This document shows positions 38,840-49,176 of a DNA stretch of 64,000 nucleotides, piece by piece. A model generated the notes under the pieces. That model was given only the letters and a program-made list of their open reading frames with translations. It searched no databases and was not told where the DNA came from. Numbering within the stretch: the stretch's first letter is position 1; each line of letters opens with the position of its first letter. Origin of the DNA: Chloroflexota bacterium (GTDB taxonomy: Bacteria; Chloroflexota; UBA11872; VXOZ01); assembly GCA_964291655.2 (NCBI GenBank), contig OZ219802.1:704001-768000 (forward strand). Direction: 5' to 3'. Made by a program: the position numbers and the translations under genes.

Positions 38840-41800
38840 ATGGCATTTTCGTCTCAAGCACTATCTTCCAATGCATTCCTCCGACGTCATGGGCCATGGC
38901 TGGGTGCTACCTTTCTCCTTGCGGCGCTTGTAACCGCCTTCTTTTGGAAAGCGCTTCTCACCGACCGGGTGCTCGCGGGCTACGATCTGTCGACGTATTT
39001 CTACCCGTACCGCCAATACGCGGCCACAGCGCTGCGGCAAGGCAACCTGCCGTTGTGGAATCCCTATCTCTTCCAGGGCGTCCCTTTCCTTGCCAACCAA
39101 CAGACTGCGGTGTTCTACCCACCGAATCTGCTCTACCTATTCTTTTCTGCCGAGACGGGTCTGGCACTCTCCATCGCGCTGCACCTGATTTGGGGCGCCC
39201 TAGGAGTTTACGTTTTCACCCGAATGACCACGAACCTCGTCTGGCCCGCGGCGATAGGGGCTGCCATAACGTTTGGTCTAAGTGGGTTCTTGGGCGCTCA
39301 GGTCGGGCACGTCAATCAAGTAAACGCCGCAGTGTGGTTGCCGTGGGCTCTTCTCACCGCGCACTACGTGTACCGCGGGCGCAGCGTGCGGTGGGCGGTA
39401 GCGCTGAGCTTCCTCCTTGCGGTGCAGCTCCTTGCCGGACATGCCCAACCTTCATACATGACCCTGGTCGCGGTGATGTTCTCATGGCTGGGACATGCCG
39501 TGTGGGACTTGCTCGGCGTCACTGCTTATCGACCCGCCTTTCTTATGACAAATGAGGAGCCTGTCACGGAGCAGAGTGCGCCTACGTTGGGACTGCCGCC
39601 AGCGCCTCCGTGGTTCGCCTACCTGCGGGACCGGTACACGCAAATTCTATGGCGCCCCGTCGTGGCTCTGGTCTTGCTTGGCGGCGCGTTCGCGAGCACG
39701 GCGGCGCTTACCGCTCCTCAAGTGCTGCCCATGCTCCAACTCACCCACCACTCCATCCGTCAGGGGGGTCTGAGCTATGATGAAGCCTCTTCGTTCTCGC
39801 TGTCCCCACGTGAGTTTCTCGCCGGCATGCTGCCCACTCCGGACGGTTTCGTAAGCACGGATGAGTTCTTCGGCTTTATCGGCATCCTCGCCATTGCACT
39901 GGCACTGCTTGCATTGGTCGCAGCTTACCGCCGGCCTGCCACGTGGGGCTTTGCCGGCCTTGCCTTCGTAGGCCTTTTCCTTGCACTTGGCAGGTATAAC
40001 CCAGTCTATCCGGCCCTCTTTGAGGTCCTGCCGGGATTGGACCTCTTTCGAGTCCCTGCCCGTTGGCTGTTGCTCTACACGTTCAGCGCCAGTGTGCTTG
40101 TCGGCATTGGTATTGACTGGTTAGCCAACACTGCCCGCAATCATGGAAGACCACGCCAAACGATTCTGCGATTTGGCGTGGGCGTTGTCCTCTTAGCGTT
40201 GATTCTCGCTGCGCTCGCGCCGCTCCAGCATTCATTCTCATCTGAACTGCCCCTCATTTGGCTCGGTTTTGCGATTGCGAGCGTTGGGCTGATTCTCGTC
40301 GTGCTGCGCGTTCCGTCCCTTCTCTTAATCTTGCCGCTCTTCTTGGCGCTGGAGCTCTTCTGGGCCTCACGACATCTGGAATACAACCAAGCGCCGCCTC
40401 CCATCGCCTATACCGACCCGGGACCTGTAACTGCTACACTGCGCGACGTGTATCAGGGCGGGCGCATCCTCAGTCTTGCCGGTACTGCCTACGCTCCCGG
40501 CGTAGAACCGCAACTGCGGGAGCAGTTCGCTCACTTGGGAGACGGCAGCACGTACAATCTCCTCGTCACGCAGAAATACTTTGAAGTCATGACCCCGAAC
40601 GTGCCGCAAGGATTTCAAATAGCCACCATAGACGGCTACGACGGCGGTGTGCTGCCTCTGGATGACTACGTGCGCATGAAGGAGGTGCTGCAGCCCGGGG
40701 CGTCGGCGCTACCGGACGCAATCCTCCGCGACCAGCTCAATGCCGTGCCGCCGCCTCGCATCCTCGACCTCTTTGGCGTTGCCTATCTGCTCGATGACAA
40801 GATACGCGACCCGTGGGTTGACGACGTGTACTACGACACAACCTTTACGCAAGCCGTCAACGCGGAAAGCCCGGCGGTTACCCTTGCCAATGTGCCGCAA
40901 GTTGCCGCCGACCGCATCGGGATCATCTCGTACCTCACCGATGCGGCCACCCTCCCACAGGGGCAGGCAGTTGCCACGCTCCGTATCACAACCACTGATA
41001 ACCGGGTTATCGAGCGACCCTTGCAGGCCGGCGTGCATACCGCCGAGGGCGAGTTTGAAAAATCAACTCCGGCGCACCAAGAGGTGCGGGTTGTTGGCGC
41101 CTGGCGGGATAACCCGCAAGGCCGCCACTATCACGCAGTCGTAGATCTCGGCGAGACCGTATCCATCAAGGAAGCCGCTGTAGAGTACCAAGCTGCCAGC
41201 GGCACGCTGCATCTGGTTGCCATGAGCGCAGTTGGGCCCGAGGCGCACGCACCATTCATCCTCACCACCGAGCCATTGTCGCTCCTATTCAGCGGTGACG
41301 TGAAGCTCTACCAGCGTGATCATGCACTTGGCCTCGTGTATGCAGCGAGTACCGTCTACCTTGCGGAGAGCACCGATCTGGCTCGCATCGCTCTCGGCAG
41401 CCCTGCATTCCGCGTCGGACAAGATGTTGTCCTGGAACGGGAGACGGACTTCCTCGAGTTGCCGCCGCGCAATGCGTTGACCGGGTTTCTGAGGCCACTC
41501 AAGCATTGGCTCCAGCGTTTGGACCTCGTGGGCGGCGGGCCGCCGTTCGGCGTTGTGCGCCCCCATCACGAAACCCGCTTTGGCGCCGGCTCTGAGTCTC
41601 GTGAATTGGAAATGACACACACAGTGCTTGGGGCGGATTCCGCAACGGTCACACTTGAAACGGAACGCCCCCAACCGGAACACCTTATCGTGCGGTACGA
41701 CTCTCCAACCCCGCGCATGCTCGTGTTTTCAGAGACCTTCATCCCAGGCTGGGAGGCCACTCTTGACGGACAACCAATTGAAATCTGGCGGGCGAACGCC

Positions 41801-41962
41801 TACTACCAAGCAGTCTTGGTCCCTGCCGGCGCACATGAGATCGTCTTCCGGTACCAGCCGGCGGCATTTCGTCTCGGCATTGCGATAGCCCTCATCGCGC
41901 TGCCTATCCTCACCCTTGTTTGGTCTCTCCCCGCGATTATTCGACGCTTAAGGTGGGCATGA
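38840..41962 (+). CDS. YfhO-like multi-pass membrane protein (GT-C type glycosyltransferase)
   Basis: DL..YFYPY, LPLWNPY...G.P, FYPP, FRVPARW; C-terminal SETF.PGW.AT.DG...VPAG.H.I.F.Y. Confidence 0.8.
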   Translation: MAFSSQALSSNAFLRRHGPWLGATFLLAALVTAFFWKALLTDRVLAGYDLSTYFYPYRQYAATALRQGNLPLWNPYLFQGVPFLANQQTAVFYPPNLLYLFFSAETGLALSIALHLIWGALGVYVFTRMTTNLVWPAAIGAAITFGLSGFLGAQVGHVNQVNAAVWLPWALLTAHYVYRGRSVRWAVALSFLLAVQLLAGHAQPSYMTLVAVMFSWLGHAVWDLLGVTAYRPAFLMTNEEPVTEQSAPTLGLPPAPPWFAYLRDRYTQILWRPVVALVLLGGAFASTAALTAPQVLPMLQLTHHSIRQGGLSYDEASSFSLSPREFLAGMLPTPDGFVSTDEFFGFIGILAIALALLALVAAYRRPATWGFAGLAFVGLFLALGRYNPVYPALFEVLPGLDLFRVPARWLLLYTFSASVLVGIGIDWLANTARNHGRPRQTILRFGVGVVLLALILAALAPLQHSFSSELPLIWLGFAIASVGLILVVLRVPSLLLILPLFLALELFWASRHLEYNQAPPPIAYTDPGPVTATLRDVYQGGRILSLAGTAYAPGVEPQLREQFAHLGDGSTYNLLVTQKYFEVMTPNVPQGFQIATIDGYDGGVLPLDDYVRMKEVLQPGASALPDAILRDQLNAVPPPRILDLFGVAYLLDDKIRDPWVDDVYYDTTFTQAVNAESPAVTLANVPQVAADRIGIISYLTDAATLPQGQAVATLRITTTDNRVIERPLQAGVHTAEGEFEKSTPAHQEVRVVGAWRDNPQGRHYHAVVDLGETVSIKEAAVEYQAASGTLHLVAMSAVGPEAHAPFILTTEPLSLLFSGDVKLYQRDHALGLVYAASTVYLAESTDLARIALGSPAFRVGQDVVLERETDFLELPPRNALTGFLRPLKHWLQRLDLVGGGPPFGVVRPHHETRFGAGSESRELEMTHTVLGADSATVTLETERPQPEHLIVRYDSPTPRMLVFSETFIPGWEATLDGQPIEIWRANAYYQAVLVPAGAHEIVFRYQPAAFRLGIAIALIALPILTLVWSLPAIIRRLRWA

Positions 41963-42173
41963 GGCGCATCCCACTTTGATAGGTGACGGGAGACTTTGAA
42001 CGCACTCTGTCGAATTTGAGGTTGGGTTCCACAGACACTTTCCCTCAATGCTCCAGTTTCCGGTCATAAAGGCCGTGATGCTCGCGCCTCCGGCTGCGTA
42101 TTAGGCTGCACCATTCACCCAGGGCGACGAGTTTGGCGCCAGCGATAGATTGAAAAAGCCTTTCGTAACCTGG

Positions 42174-42917
42174 CTAGTCAGTGGGGTGCATCGCGCCTTC
42201 CCGGGCACGCCAGACATGGTAGAGCAAAATTGAACCGGCCACGGCGGCGTTGAGGGACGCCACCCGACCTGTCATAGGAATATGCACGCGGTAGTCGCAC
42301 GCGCGCCGGATCAGCGGGCGCAGCCCCTTGTCCTCGCTACCCACGACGACTACTACCGGCCAATCGTAGTCCAGCGTATCGTACTGAGTTTCCCCGGCGG
42401 GGTCGAGGCCCACAATCCAGATGCCTCGTTTTTTGTACCACGCCAATGTGCGCATGAGGTTCGTGACTGAGCACAGTGCCAGGTGTTCTACGGCGCCACT
42501 CGATGCGCGTGCTACGGTCGTACTTGCCGCAACACTGCGGTCTTTGGGCAATGCCACGCCATGCACGCCCACGGCCTCCGCCGTACGCAGCAATGATCCG
42601 AGATTCTGCGGGTCTTGCAGATGGTCGAGGGCCAAGAGAAATGGCATCTGGCCGCGTTGCTCAGCAATGGCCAGTGGATAGTCCAGAGAGTGCAACGTGC
42701 GCTCGGGAAAGCGCGCGGCGACGTTTTGGTGGTGACTGCTGTGGCAGATATTCCCTAAGTCCTGCCGCGTGACCTGCCGGGCATTCACCCCGCTCGTCCC
42801 AGCCAGGGCGACAATCTCGCCCAGACCCTTCGCCCCTGCCACCACCCATACAGAATCGGGTACGCGTCCCGCGCGCAATGCTTCCCGCACCGGATGAAAG
42901 CCAAACAGTAATTCCAC
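42174..42917 (-). CDS. rlmB: 23S rRNA (guanosine-2'-O)-methyltransferase RlmB
   Basis: GFHPVREAL, LDHLQDPQNLGSLLRTA, SSGA, GSEDKG, IPM.G.V.SLNAAVA. Confidence 0.92.
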   Translation of the reverse strand: MELLFGFHPVREALRAGRVPDSVWVVAGAKGLGEIVALAGTSGVNARQVTRQDLGNICHSSHHQNVAARFPERTLHSLDYPLAIAEQRGQMPFLLALDHLQDPQNLGSLLRTAEAVGVHGVALPKDRSVAASTTVARASSGAVEHLALCSVTNLMRTLAWYKKRGIWIVGLDPAGETQYDTLDYDWPVVVVVGSEDKGLRPLIRRACDYRVHIPMTGRVASLNAAVAGSILLYHVWRAREGAMHPTD

Positions 42918-43074
42918 AACACGTCCTTAGGTGAATCTCATACTAACGCTACGGCTTAGTATAGAATGAGAGAAGGAATGCGACTATGTGGCTGACCGTG
43001 AGTCTTGAACGACGCAGCCTGGAATCCGCGCTCGTTCATGCAGGACATGCTCTTGTTGCAGTGTGCTAGAGTTA

Positions 43075-43240
43075 CCGTTCGCGCTGAGCCTACCTGTCCT
43101 GAGCACTTCGACAAGTTCAGCGCAGGCTTGATGAAGGGTCGAAGCGCAAGAACTCAGAAGACCGTTCGTCCTTAGCAACGAAAATCTCTTCCTCTCCACC
43201 CATCGACATGCTCAGAGCCTGCCCCGTACTCGATTCAGCA
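43075..43240. repeat. Nested cluster of CTGAGC..GTCGAAG-family REP elements
   Basis: Three nested copies at 43075-43146, a partial copy near 43162, and a copy with an insert at 43203-43240. Confidence 0.75.
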
Positions 43241-43365
43241 TTTCGAGACGCTGCGGGGGTGGTCGGAATCGGTGCAGTGAAATGCTACGAGACACGGTCA
43301 GCGGATAGATCCGTTGGAACTCGTCTGCGCGAAAAGACCAGGCGGAATGGACAGCGGGAAACTTC

Positions 43366-44142
43366 ATGATAATTGACGTCCACGTGCACATTCGCTCCAT
43401 GCCGATGCTGGAGCGCGCGTTGCGTCAGGCCGATCAGCTCGATATGATTCTTTGCCTCAACAGCATCAACCTGGAAGGTAGCAGTTCGCCGAATTCTCCT
43501 TCACGGCAGTTTGTGTCTGATTGCAACGACCGTACCGCCCAGGTTGCTGCCGCAAACCCCAACCGTGTTATCCCCATGTGGTACTTAAATCCTGCTCACG
43601 GCCGGTTTGCCGTTGACGAACTGGAGCGGCGGGTGGCAGAACATCGCGGCCCTCAGGGAGTGAAACTCTGGACAGCGGTCAAGGCAAATGACCCCCGCGT
43701 TGATCCTATCTTTGCCGTGTGCGCCGCCTACCGGCTGCCGGTGTTGCAGCATTCGTGGATGGAAGTTACGGGCAATCTCCCGGGCGAGACCGATCCCTTC
43801 GACATGCGCGCCGCCGCCTTGCGTCACCCGAATGTGAACTTCTTCTGGGGTCACGCCAGCGGCGACGTGGAGTATACGGTCAAACTGGCCTGCGGGCTGC
43901 CGAACATCTATCTGGACATCGGCGGCTGCGAGGCAACCAACGGCTATACGGAGATGCTCGTCAAGTACGTCGGCGCCGATCACATCGTTCAAGGCAGTGA
44001 CGGCACCGGCCGCTCGTTTACCTCGCAACTCGCGAAAGTATATGGAGCAGATATCTCTGCAGGGCAGAAAGATCGAATTCTCTACAAGAATGCGCAAGCC
44101 GCCTTCGCGCAGCAGCCTCACAGTCACACACTCTTGGCATAA
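43366..44142 (+). CDS. Amidohydrolase_2 family protein
   Basis: IIDVHVH, GVKL, VLQHS, WGH, QGSD, ILYKNA. Confidence 0.85.
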   Translation: MIIDVHVHIRSMPMLERALRQADQLDMILCLNSINLEGSSSPNSPSRQFVSDCNDRTAQVAAANPNRVIPMWYLNPAHGRFAVDELERRVAEHRGPQGVKLWTAVKANDPRVDPIFAVCAAYRLPVLQHSWMEVTGNLPGETDPFDMRAAALRHPNVNFFWGHASGDVEYTVKLACGLPNIYLDIGGCEATNGYTEMLVKYVGADHIVQGSDGTGRSFTSQLAKVYGADISAGQKDRILYKNAQAAFAQQPHSHTLLA

Positions 44143-44156
44143 TCGACTCCCCTACC

Positions 44157-45071
44157 ATGCCCGAACTTGCAGTCACAACCCGCCAACTACGCAAAGTCTA
44201 TGGCACAACCCCGGCAGTGGCGAGCCTGGATCTTGCGGTGCCGACCGGGGAGATTTTCGGCTTTCTTGGGCCGAACGGCGCCGGCAAGAGTACCTGTGTG
44301 AAGATGCTGCTGGGTCTCGTCTTCCCTACGGGAGGCGACGGGACGCTCCTCGGCGCCTCTTTGGGCGATCAACGCATCAAAGCCAAGATTGGCTTTCTGC
44401 CGGAGCAGTTTCGCTTCCACGAATGGTTCACCGCGCGCGAGTTCCTAAACTTTCACGGCCAGCTCTACGGTATGAGCAGCAAACTTCGCAAGCAGAGAAT
44501 TGCCGAAGTGCTCGCGCTTGTGAATTTGGAGCGCGCCGCCGCTCAGCAACTGCGCACCTTCTCGAAAGGCATGCTCCAGCGCATTGGCATCGCCCAGGCC
44601 TTGCTCCATGATCCGGAACTGGTCTTCCTCGATGAACCCACCAGCGCCCTCGATCCCATCGGCCGGCGCCTGGTACGGGATATAATCCGCCAACTGAAGG
44701 CCGAGAAGAAGACCGTCTTCCTTAATTCGCATCTGCTCTCCGAGGTAGAGGCAGTGTGCGACCGGGTGGCAATAATCCAACGTGGCGAGGTCGTGCGCGA
44801 CGGCACCTTGGACGAGCTACTTGCTACCCAGCGCCTGCTGGACGTGCAGGCCCAGGGCATACGTGAGGACGTGCTGGAGCGAGTGAAAGCGCAGTGGGAG
44901 ATTACGGCGTACGAGGACGATCGCCTTACGCTGGCATTGACCGACTCCGCCGACGTTCCACAGGTTGTCTCTCTCCTCGTTACTGCGGGCGCTGCCGTCC
45001 ATCACGTGGCATTGCGCCAGGAGAGCTTAGAAGACCTATTTGTGCGGACCGTGGATGACACCGGCGCGTGA
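44157..45071 (+). CDS. ABC transporter ATP-binding protein
   Basis: GPNGAGKST, FSKGMLQR, LDEPTSALD, SHLL. Confidence 0.93.
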   Translation: MPELAVTTRQLRKVYGTTPAVASLDLAVPTGEIFGFLGPNGAGKSTCVKMLLGLVFPTGGDGTLLGASLGDQRIKAKIGFLPEQFRFHEWFTAREFLNFHGQLYGMSSKLRKQRIAEVLALVNLERAAAQQLRTFSKGMLQRIGIAQALLHDPELVFLDEPTSALDPIGRRLVRDIIRQLKAEKKTVFLNSHLLSEVEAVCDRVAIIQRGEVVRDGTLDELLATQRLLDVQAQGIREDVLERVKAQWEITAYEDDRLTLALTDSADVPQVVSLLVTAGAAVHHVALRQESLEDLFVRTVDDTGA

Positions 45072-45119
45072 GTATCTAGCTTAGAGCGCGCCTCCGTTGC
45101 TAGAGATTGAGCCAAGCCA

Positions 45120-45962
45120 ATGATGCCGATTCTCGTCATAGCAAAGATCACCTTGCAGGAAGGCGTACGCAAGAAAGCCGTGCTGGGCGGTGTGCTCTTG
45201 GCCACCGCATTTCTCACGTTATACGGCCTGGGCATGTACTTTGTCATGCGCGACCTGGCGGTACCCGATCGTTTTATAGATCCGGACGTATTTCGCGATG
45301 CCGTCTCGGGCCAACTCCTGGCGGCGGCGCTCAACGTGGCCGGCATGCTGACGGCACTAGTGGCAATTTTCACCTCAGCAGGCGCGATCGCCACTGAAGT
45401 GGAGCAGAATACCCTCCACGCGATCATTCCAAAGCCGCTCATGCGCTGGCAGGTGCTTGTCGGCAAGTGTTGCGGCTTAGGGGCCATGTCCGCCACATTT
45501 GCGATTACGACGACGGTGGCCTTGCTCCTCCTTACCTGGGCTTTTGCCGGCTTCTATTCCTGGTCGGGATTGCAATCGGCGCTCTTACTCGGCTTGCTGG
45601 CGGTCCTACTCACGTGCGTTACCGTGTGCGCCAGTACGCTGCTCTCGACGCTCACGGCGGGCGTGACCGTCATTATGCTCTATGGTCTCGCGATGGTCGG
45701 CGGCATGGTGGAACAATTGGGAGTGCTGCTGGATAACCAGGTAATGCAGAACATCGGCATTATATCCAGCCTGCTCCTGCCCTCTGACGCGCTGTGGCGC
45801 ATGGCTGCACAACGGTTGAACGTGCAGGAACTTGCCATCCTCGCCGGCGGGCCGTTTGAAGGCTTCAGTCAACCTTCAGCGATCATGCTTGTCTGGGCGC
45901 TCTTGTATATCACTTTCGCCGTGCTGCTCGGCATGGGAGTGTTCGCCCGGAAAGACCTCTAG
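45120..45962 (+). CDS. ABC-2 type permease
   Basis: TLQEGVRK, E.EQNTL..IIPKPL.RWQVLVGK, ends F.RKDL. Confidence 0.88.
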   Translation: MMPILVIAKITLQEGVRKKAVLGGVLLATAFLTLYGLGMYFVMRDLAVPDRFIDPDVFRDAVSGQLLAAALNVAGMLTALVAIFTSAGAIATEVEQNTLHAIIPKPLMRWQVLVGKCCGLGAMSATFAITTTVALLLLTWAFAGFYSWSGLQSALLLGLLAVLLTCVTVCASTLLSTLTAGVTVIMLYGLAMVGGMVEQLGVLLDNQVMQNIGIISSLLLPSDALWRMAAQRLNVQELAILAGGPFEGFSQPSAIMLVWALLYITFAVLLGMGVFARKDL

Positions 45963-46060
45963 GCTGCGTACGCGATTGCGATACGAGTCCAGAACGAGCA
46001 GATGGCTAATGGGTGAAGTGTGAGGAGCAAGGGATTCGGGCGATACGCGAAACGCAAACC

Positions 46061-46672
46061 CTAAACCTTCCGCGCGATCATCCGACTCATTGCGTGCTGA
46101 TGCGGAACGCCGCCTGACATGCAGTCGAAGATCTCTTCAGTGCTGTACTCAATCTTCCAGTCATGGTAGAGCGTGAGGAGTTCGCCCGACAGCCAGGGTT
46201 CCGCGCCTGGATCGCTATCCAGCGCTTTGCCGATAAACGGCTTGCGGACAAAGACAGAGAGCACGTTGAGGCCGCCTGTGAGAGTCTGTTCCTTGTAGTG
46301 CGAGAAGATGTCCTGTCGCAGCCTTCGAGGAATGAGATGGAACACCCCCGTAGAGAATAGGACATCGAAATTCTCTTCCAACCTATGCTCATTCATGTTC
46401 GCCTGAAAGACCCTAAGCGTAGCGTTGGCTGCTTCGGCAAGGCGTTCTGCTTTTGCGACACCTGCCGCCGAAAGATCGAACGCCGTAACTTCATACCCGC
46501 TATGCGCAAAGAAGACCGCATTCCTGCCCTCCCCACAGCCGATATCGAGCAACGAGAGCGGCTGTTTCGGCGGCTTTAGTGCCAAGACTTTGTGGCAAAT
46601 TGCGGACGGCTTCGTGCCCCAGTGAAATTCCTGGGCGCCGTATCGCTCATCGTAAGATGATTCTGGATTCAT
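46061..46672 (-). CDS. Class I SAM-dependent methyltransferase (TehB-like)
   Basis: LLDIGCGEGRNA, VTAFDLS, C-terminal H.H...IARK. Confidence 0.88.
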   Translation of the reverse strand: MNPESSYDERYGAQEFHWGTKPSAICHKVLALKPPKQPLSLLDIGCGEGRNAVFFAHSGYEVTAFDLSAAGVAKAERLAEAANATLRVFQANMNEHRLEENFDVLFSTGVFHLIPRRLRQDIFSHYKEQTLTGGLNVLSVFVRKPFIGKALDSDPGAEPWLSGELLTLYHDWKIEYSTEEIFDCMSGGVPHQHAMSRMIARKV

Positions 46673-46770
46673 ACCGGCTTTTCCTGTCGTATTTCCAGCC
46701 GGAACCTTCTCGGACTGGCAGAATGCTGCGTCCACTCTCCCGTTGAGCTGAGGAAGGGCTCTTCGGGCTC

Positions 46771-48027
46771 TTACTCGTAACGCAGGGCCTGGATGGGATC
46801 GAGGCGGGCGGCGCGATTGGCGGGATAGATGCCGAAGAAGATGCCCACCGACGCTGCAACGCTTACGGCGAGCAGGACTATATCCAGAGTGACCGCCGTC
46901 TGCAACCCTTCTCCATCGTCACCCAGCGGAATCTGCGCGATACCGAACGAAATTAACGTGCCAAGCGCTATCCCAAGCAGACCACCAAGCACACTCACAA
47001 CGACACTCTCTACGAGAAACTGAATGAGAATGTCCCGTCGTTTTGCGCCCACCGCCTTGCGGATACCGATCTCGCGGGTGCGTTCGGTAACGGAGACGAG
47101 CATGATGTTCATGATTCCAATGCCGCCCACCAGCAAGGATATCCCCGCAATCGCGCCCAAAAAGAGCGTAAAGACACCCAAGGCCGCGCTGACCGCTTCG
47201 ATGAGGTCCTTGGGACTCATGATGGTAAAGTCGTCGTCCTCTTCTTCCAGGATTTCATGGCGCTCGCGCAAGATCTGCCGGATGCCGGCCGCCCCCGCGT
47301 CGATTGTCTCTTCCCGCTCATCTGGCAACTCAACGCTGATCGTGTTGATCGGTTGGCCGCCGCGGGCGGTAACTAACCTGCTCAGGCGGGCGTGGGCGGT
47401 CGTGATGGGTATCAGCACCATGTCGTCGGCACTTTGTCCGAAAGCGCCGCTGCCCTGTTCTACCAGCACGCCAATCACACGCAGCCGCAGGTTATCGGCG
47501 CGAATAGTCTGATCGATCGGATCATCGATTGGAAACAAGTCTGCGGCGACATTCGAGCCCAAAACGGCAACTAACGCTCGGGAATTTAAGTCCGTTTCAG
47601 AAAGAGGCTGGCCGTAAGCTAATTCATAATTGTTCACTGAAATGTAGCTTGCGGTCACACCGCGAATTGAGGCTTGGGAGTTCCTGCCCTGGGCCACAAC
47701 AGCCATGCCGCGGCTGCTTCCTTCTACGGCGATCTCAATTACTGTTCCATCCCATTTCAACTCTTCAAGCGCGAGCGCATCTTCATACGTCAGCGGCGCA
47801 ATCGGATCGTCGCTATCGGAACCGCCCGGCCGGCCGCTGAAAATGAAAAGGACATTTGTGCCGGCCGATTGCAGCTCGGTCGTAATTTGCCTCTCCACCC
47901 CCCGCCCGATGGACATCAGCGCCGTGACCGACGCCACACCGATGATCATGCCCAGCAGAGTCAAACTCGTGCGCAGTTTGTTGGCAGCCAGCGCGGTGAT
48001 TGCTACTTTCAATGTCGCAAAATTCAC
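46771..48027 (-). CDS. MacB/FtsX-like ABC permease
   Basis: [61 protein letters not shown]. Confidence 0.95.
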   Translation of the reverse strand: MNFATLKVAITALAANKLRTSLTLLGMIIGVASVTALMSIGRGVERQITTELQSAGTNVLFIFSGRPGGSDSDDPIAPLTYEDALALEELKWDGTVIEIAVEGSSRGMAVVAQGRNSQASIRGVTASYISVNNYELAYGQPLSETDLNSRALVAVLGSNVAADLFPIDDPIDQTIRADNLRLRVIGVLVEQGSGAFGQSADDMVLIPITTAHARLSRLVTARGGQPINTISVELPDEREETIDAGAAGIRQILRERHEILEEEDDDFTIMSPKDLIEAVSAALGVFTLFLGAIAGISLLVGGIGIMNIMLVSVTERTREIGIRKAVGAKRRDILIQFLVESVVVSVLGGLLGIALGTLISFGIAQIPLGDDGEGLQTAVTLDIVLLAVSVAASVGIFFGIYPANRAARLDPIQALRYE

Positions 48028-48992
48028 GGCCTTGCCTCACCAGGATGCGATGATTGCCGCGCCGCTTGCTGGTTGGACGTTGGCACGTCGCGATTCGGGT
48101 CACCCCTGGGTGCGTGATCCGCTTCTAACCCGGCCGGGGCGGGGGTACCGCCGCCCATCTCTCCGCGCTCCTCAGCGTCAATGCGACCGTCGCGCATGCG
48201 CACGATACGATTCGTGCGGCGCGCAATGTCCTCTTCGTGGGTAATGAAGACTACCGTGATCCCGCGGTCGGCATTGAGCCGCAGGAGCAGCGCCATAAGC
48301 TCCTCGCTGGTGCGCGAATCCAAGTTACCGGTCGGCTCGTCCGCCAGGATGATCGCGGGGTCGGTCACTAAGGCACGGGCAATGGCAACCCGCTGCTGCT
48401 GGCCGCCGGAAAGCTCCGTCGGCTTGTGTGACATGCGGTCTTCCAAGCCCACGGCAACGAGTGCCTCCCGCGCGCGGTTACGCCACTCGGCGCCGCCTCT
48501 TTGGAGCAATAGGTCTCGCGCGACTGCAACCCGCTGCTGGGCCCCGGATAGTTCGGGCGTCTGGTTGCCCGAGTGAAGTGTTGACTCGGCCCCTTGCAGA
48601 GACCGCTTCGCGGAGTCGCTCCGCTTATTGCCGCCCCCGTAGAGCAATGGAAGCTCTACCTGCTCCAACGCGCTCACGCGCGGCAGCAAATTGAAAGACT
48701 GGAAGACAAACCCAATCTTGCGGTTGCGTATCTCAGCCAAGCGATTGTCGTCAAGTGTGGCGACGTCTTCGCCGTCCAACAGATAATCCCCGGCATCCGG
48801 CCGGTCCAAGCAGCCAAGGATATTCATGAGCGTGGACTTGCCAGAACCGGAAGGTCCCGTGATCGCCAGCAAATCCCCCCGCTCAACGTGAAGAGAAACA
48901 CCGTCGAGGGCATGAATCTCAGAATCGCCCATCACGTAGGTCTTCCTGAGGTCTCTTGTTTCGATCACGCTCTCGCGCATGCAGTGCCCCAT
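48024..48992 (-). CDS. MacB/LolD-like ABC ATP-binding protein with internal duplication
   Basis: [39 protein letters not shown]; extra degenerate [13 protein letters not shown] copy. Confidence 0.9.
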   Translation of the reverse strand: MGHCMRESVIETRDLRKTYVMGDSEIHALDGVSLHVERGDLLAITGPSGSGKSTLMNILGCLDRPDAGDYLLDGEDVATLDDNRLAEIRNRKIGFVFQSFNLLPRVSALEQVELPLLYGGGNKRSDSAKRSLQGAESTLHSGNQTPELSGAQQRVAVARDLLLQRGGAEWRNRAREALVAVGLEDRMSHKPTELSGGQQQRVAIARALVTDPAIILADEPTGNLDSRTSEELMALLLRLNADRGITVVFITHEEDIARRTNRIVRMRDGRIDAEERGEMGGGTPAPAGLEADHAPRGDPNRDVPTSNQQAARQSSHPGEARP

Positions 48993-49048
48993 CCTATCGA
49001 TGCATACCTAGAACTCATCTCATAGATACATCGCTCTGTGTAGATTTG

Positions 49049-49137
49049 CCCTTCGACAGGCCTGTACTGAGCTTGTCGAAGTGCTCAGGACGAACGGAAA
49101 AGGCATAAAACCGTTCGTGCTGAGCTTGTCGAAGCAC
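49049..49137. repeat. REP pair (CTTCGACAG family) with a nested 23-nt unit
   Basis: cttcgacag[gcctgtactgagcttgtcgaagt]gctcaggacgaacgg ... ccgttcgtgctgagcttgtcgaagcac. Confidence 0.8.
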
Positions 49138-49176
49138 AAGTTGGCACGTCGATCTGTGTCGTGATTGCACGTCGCG

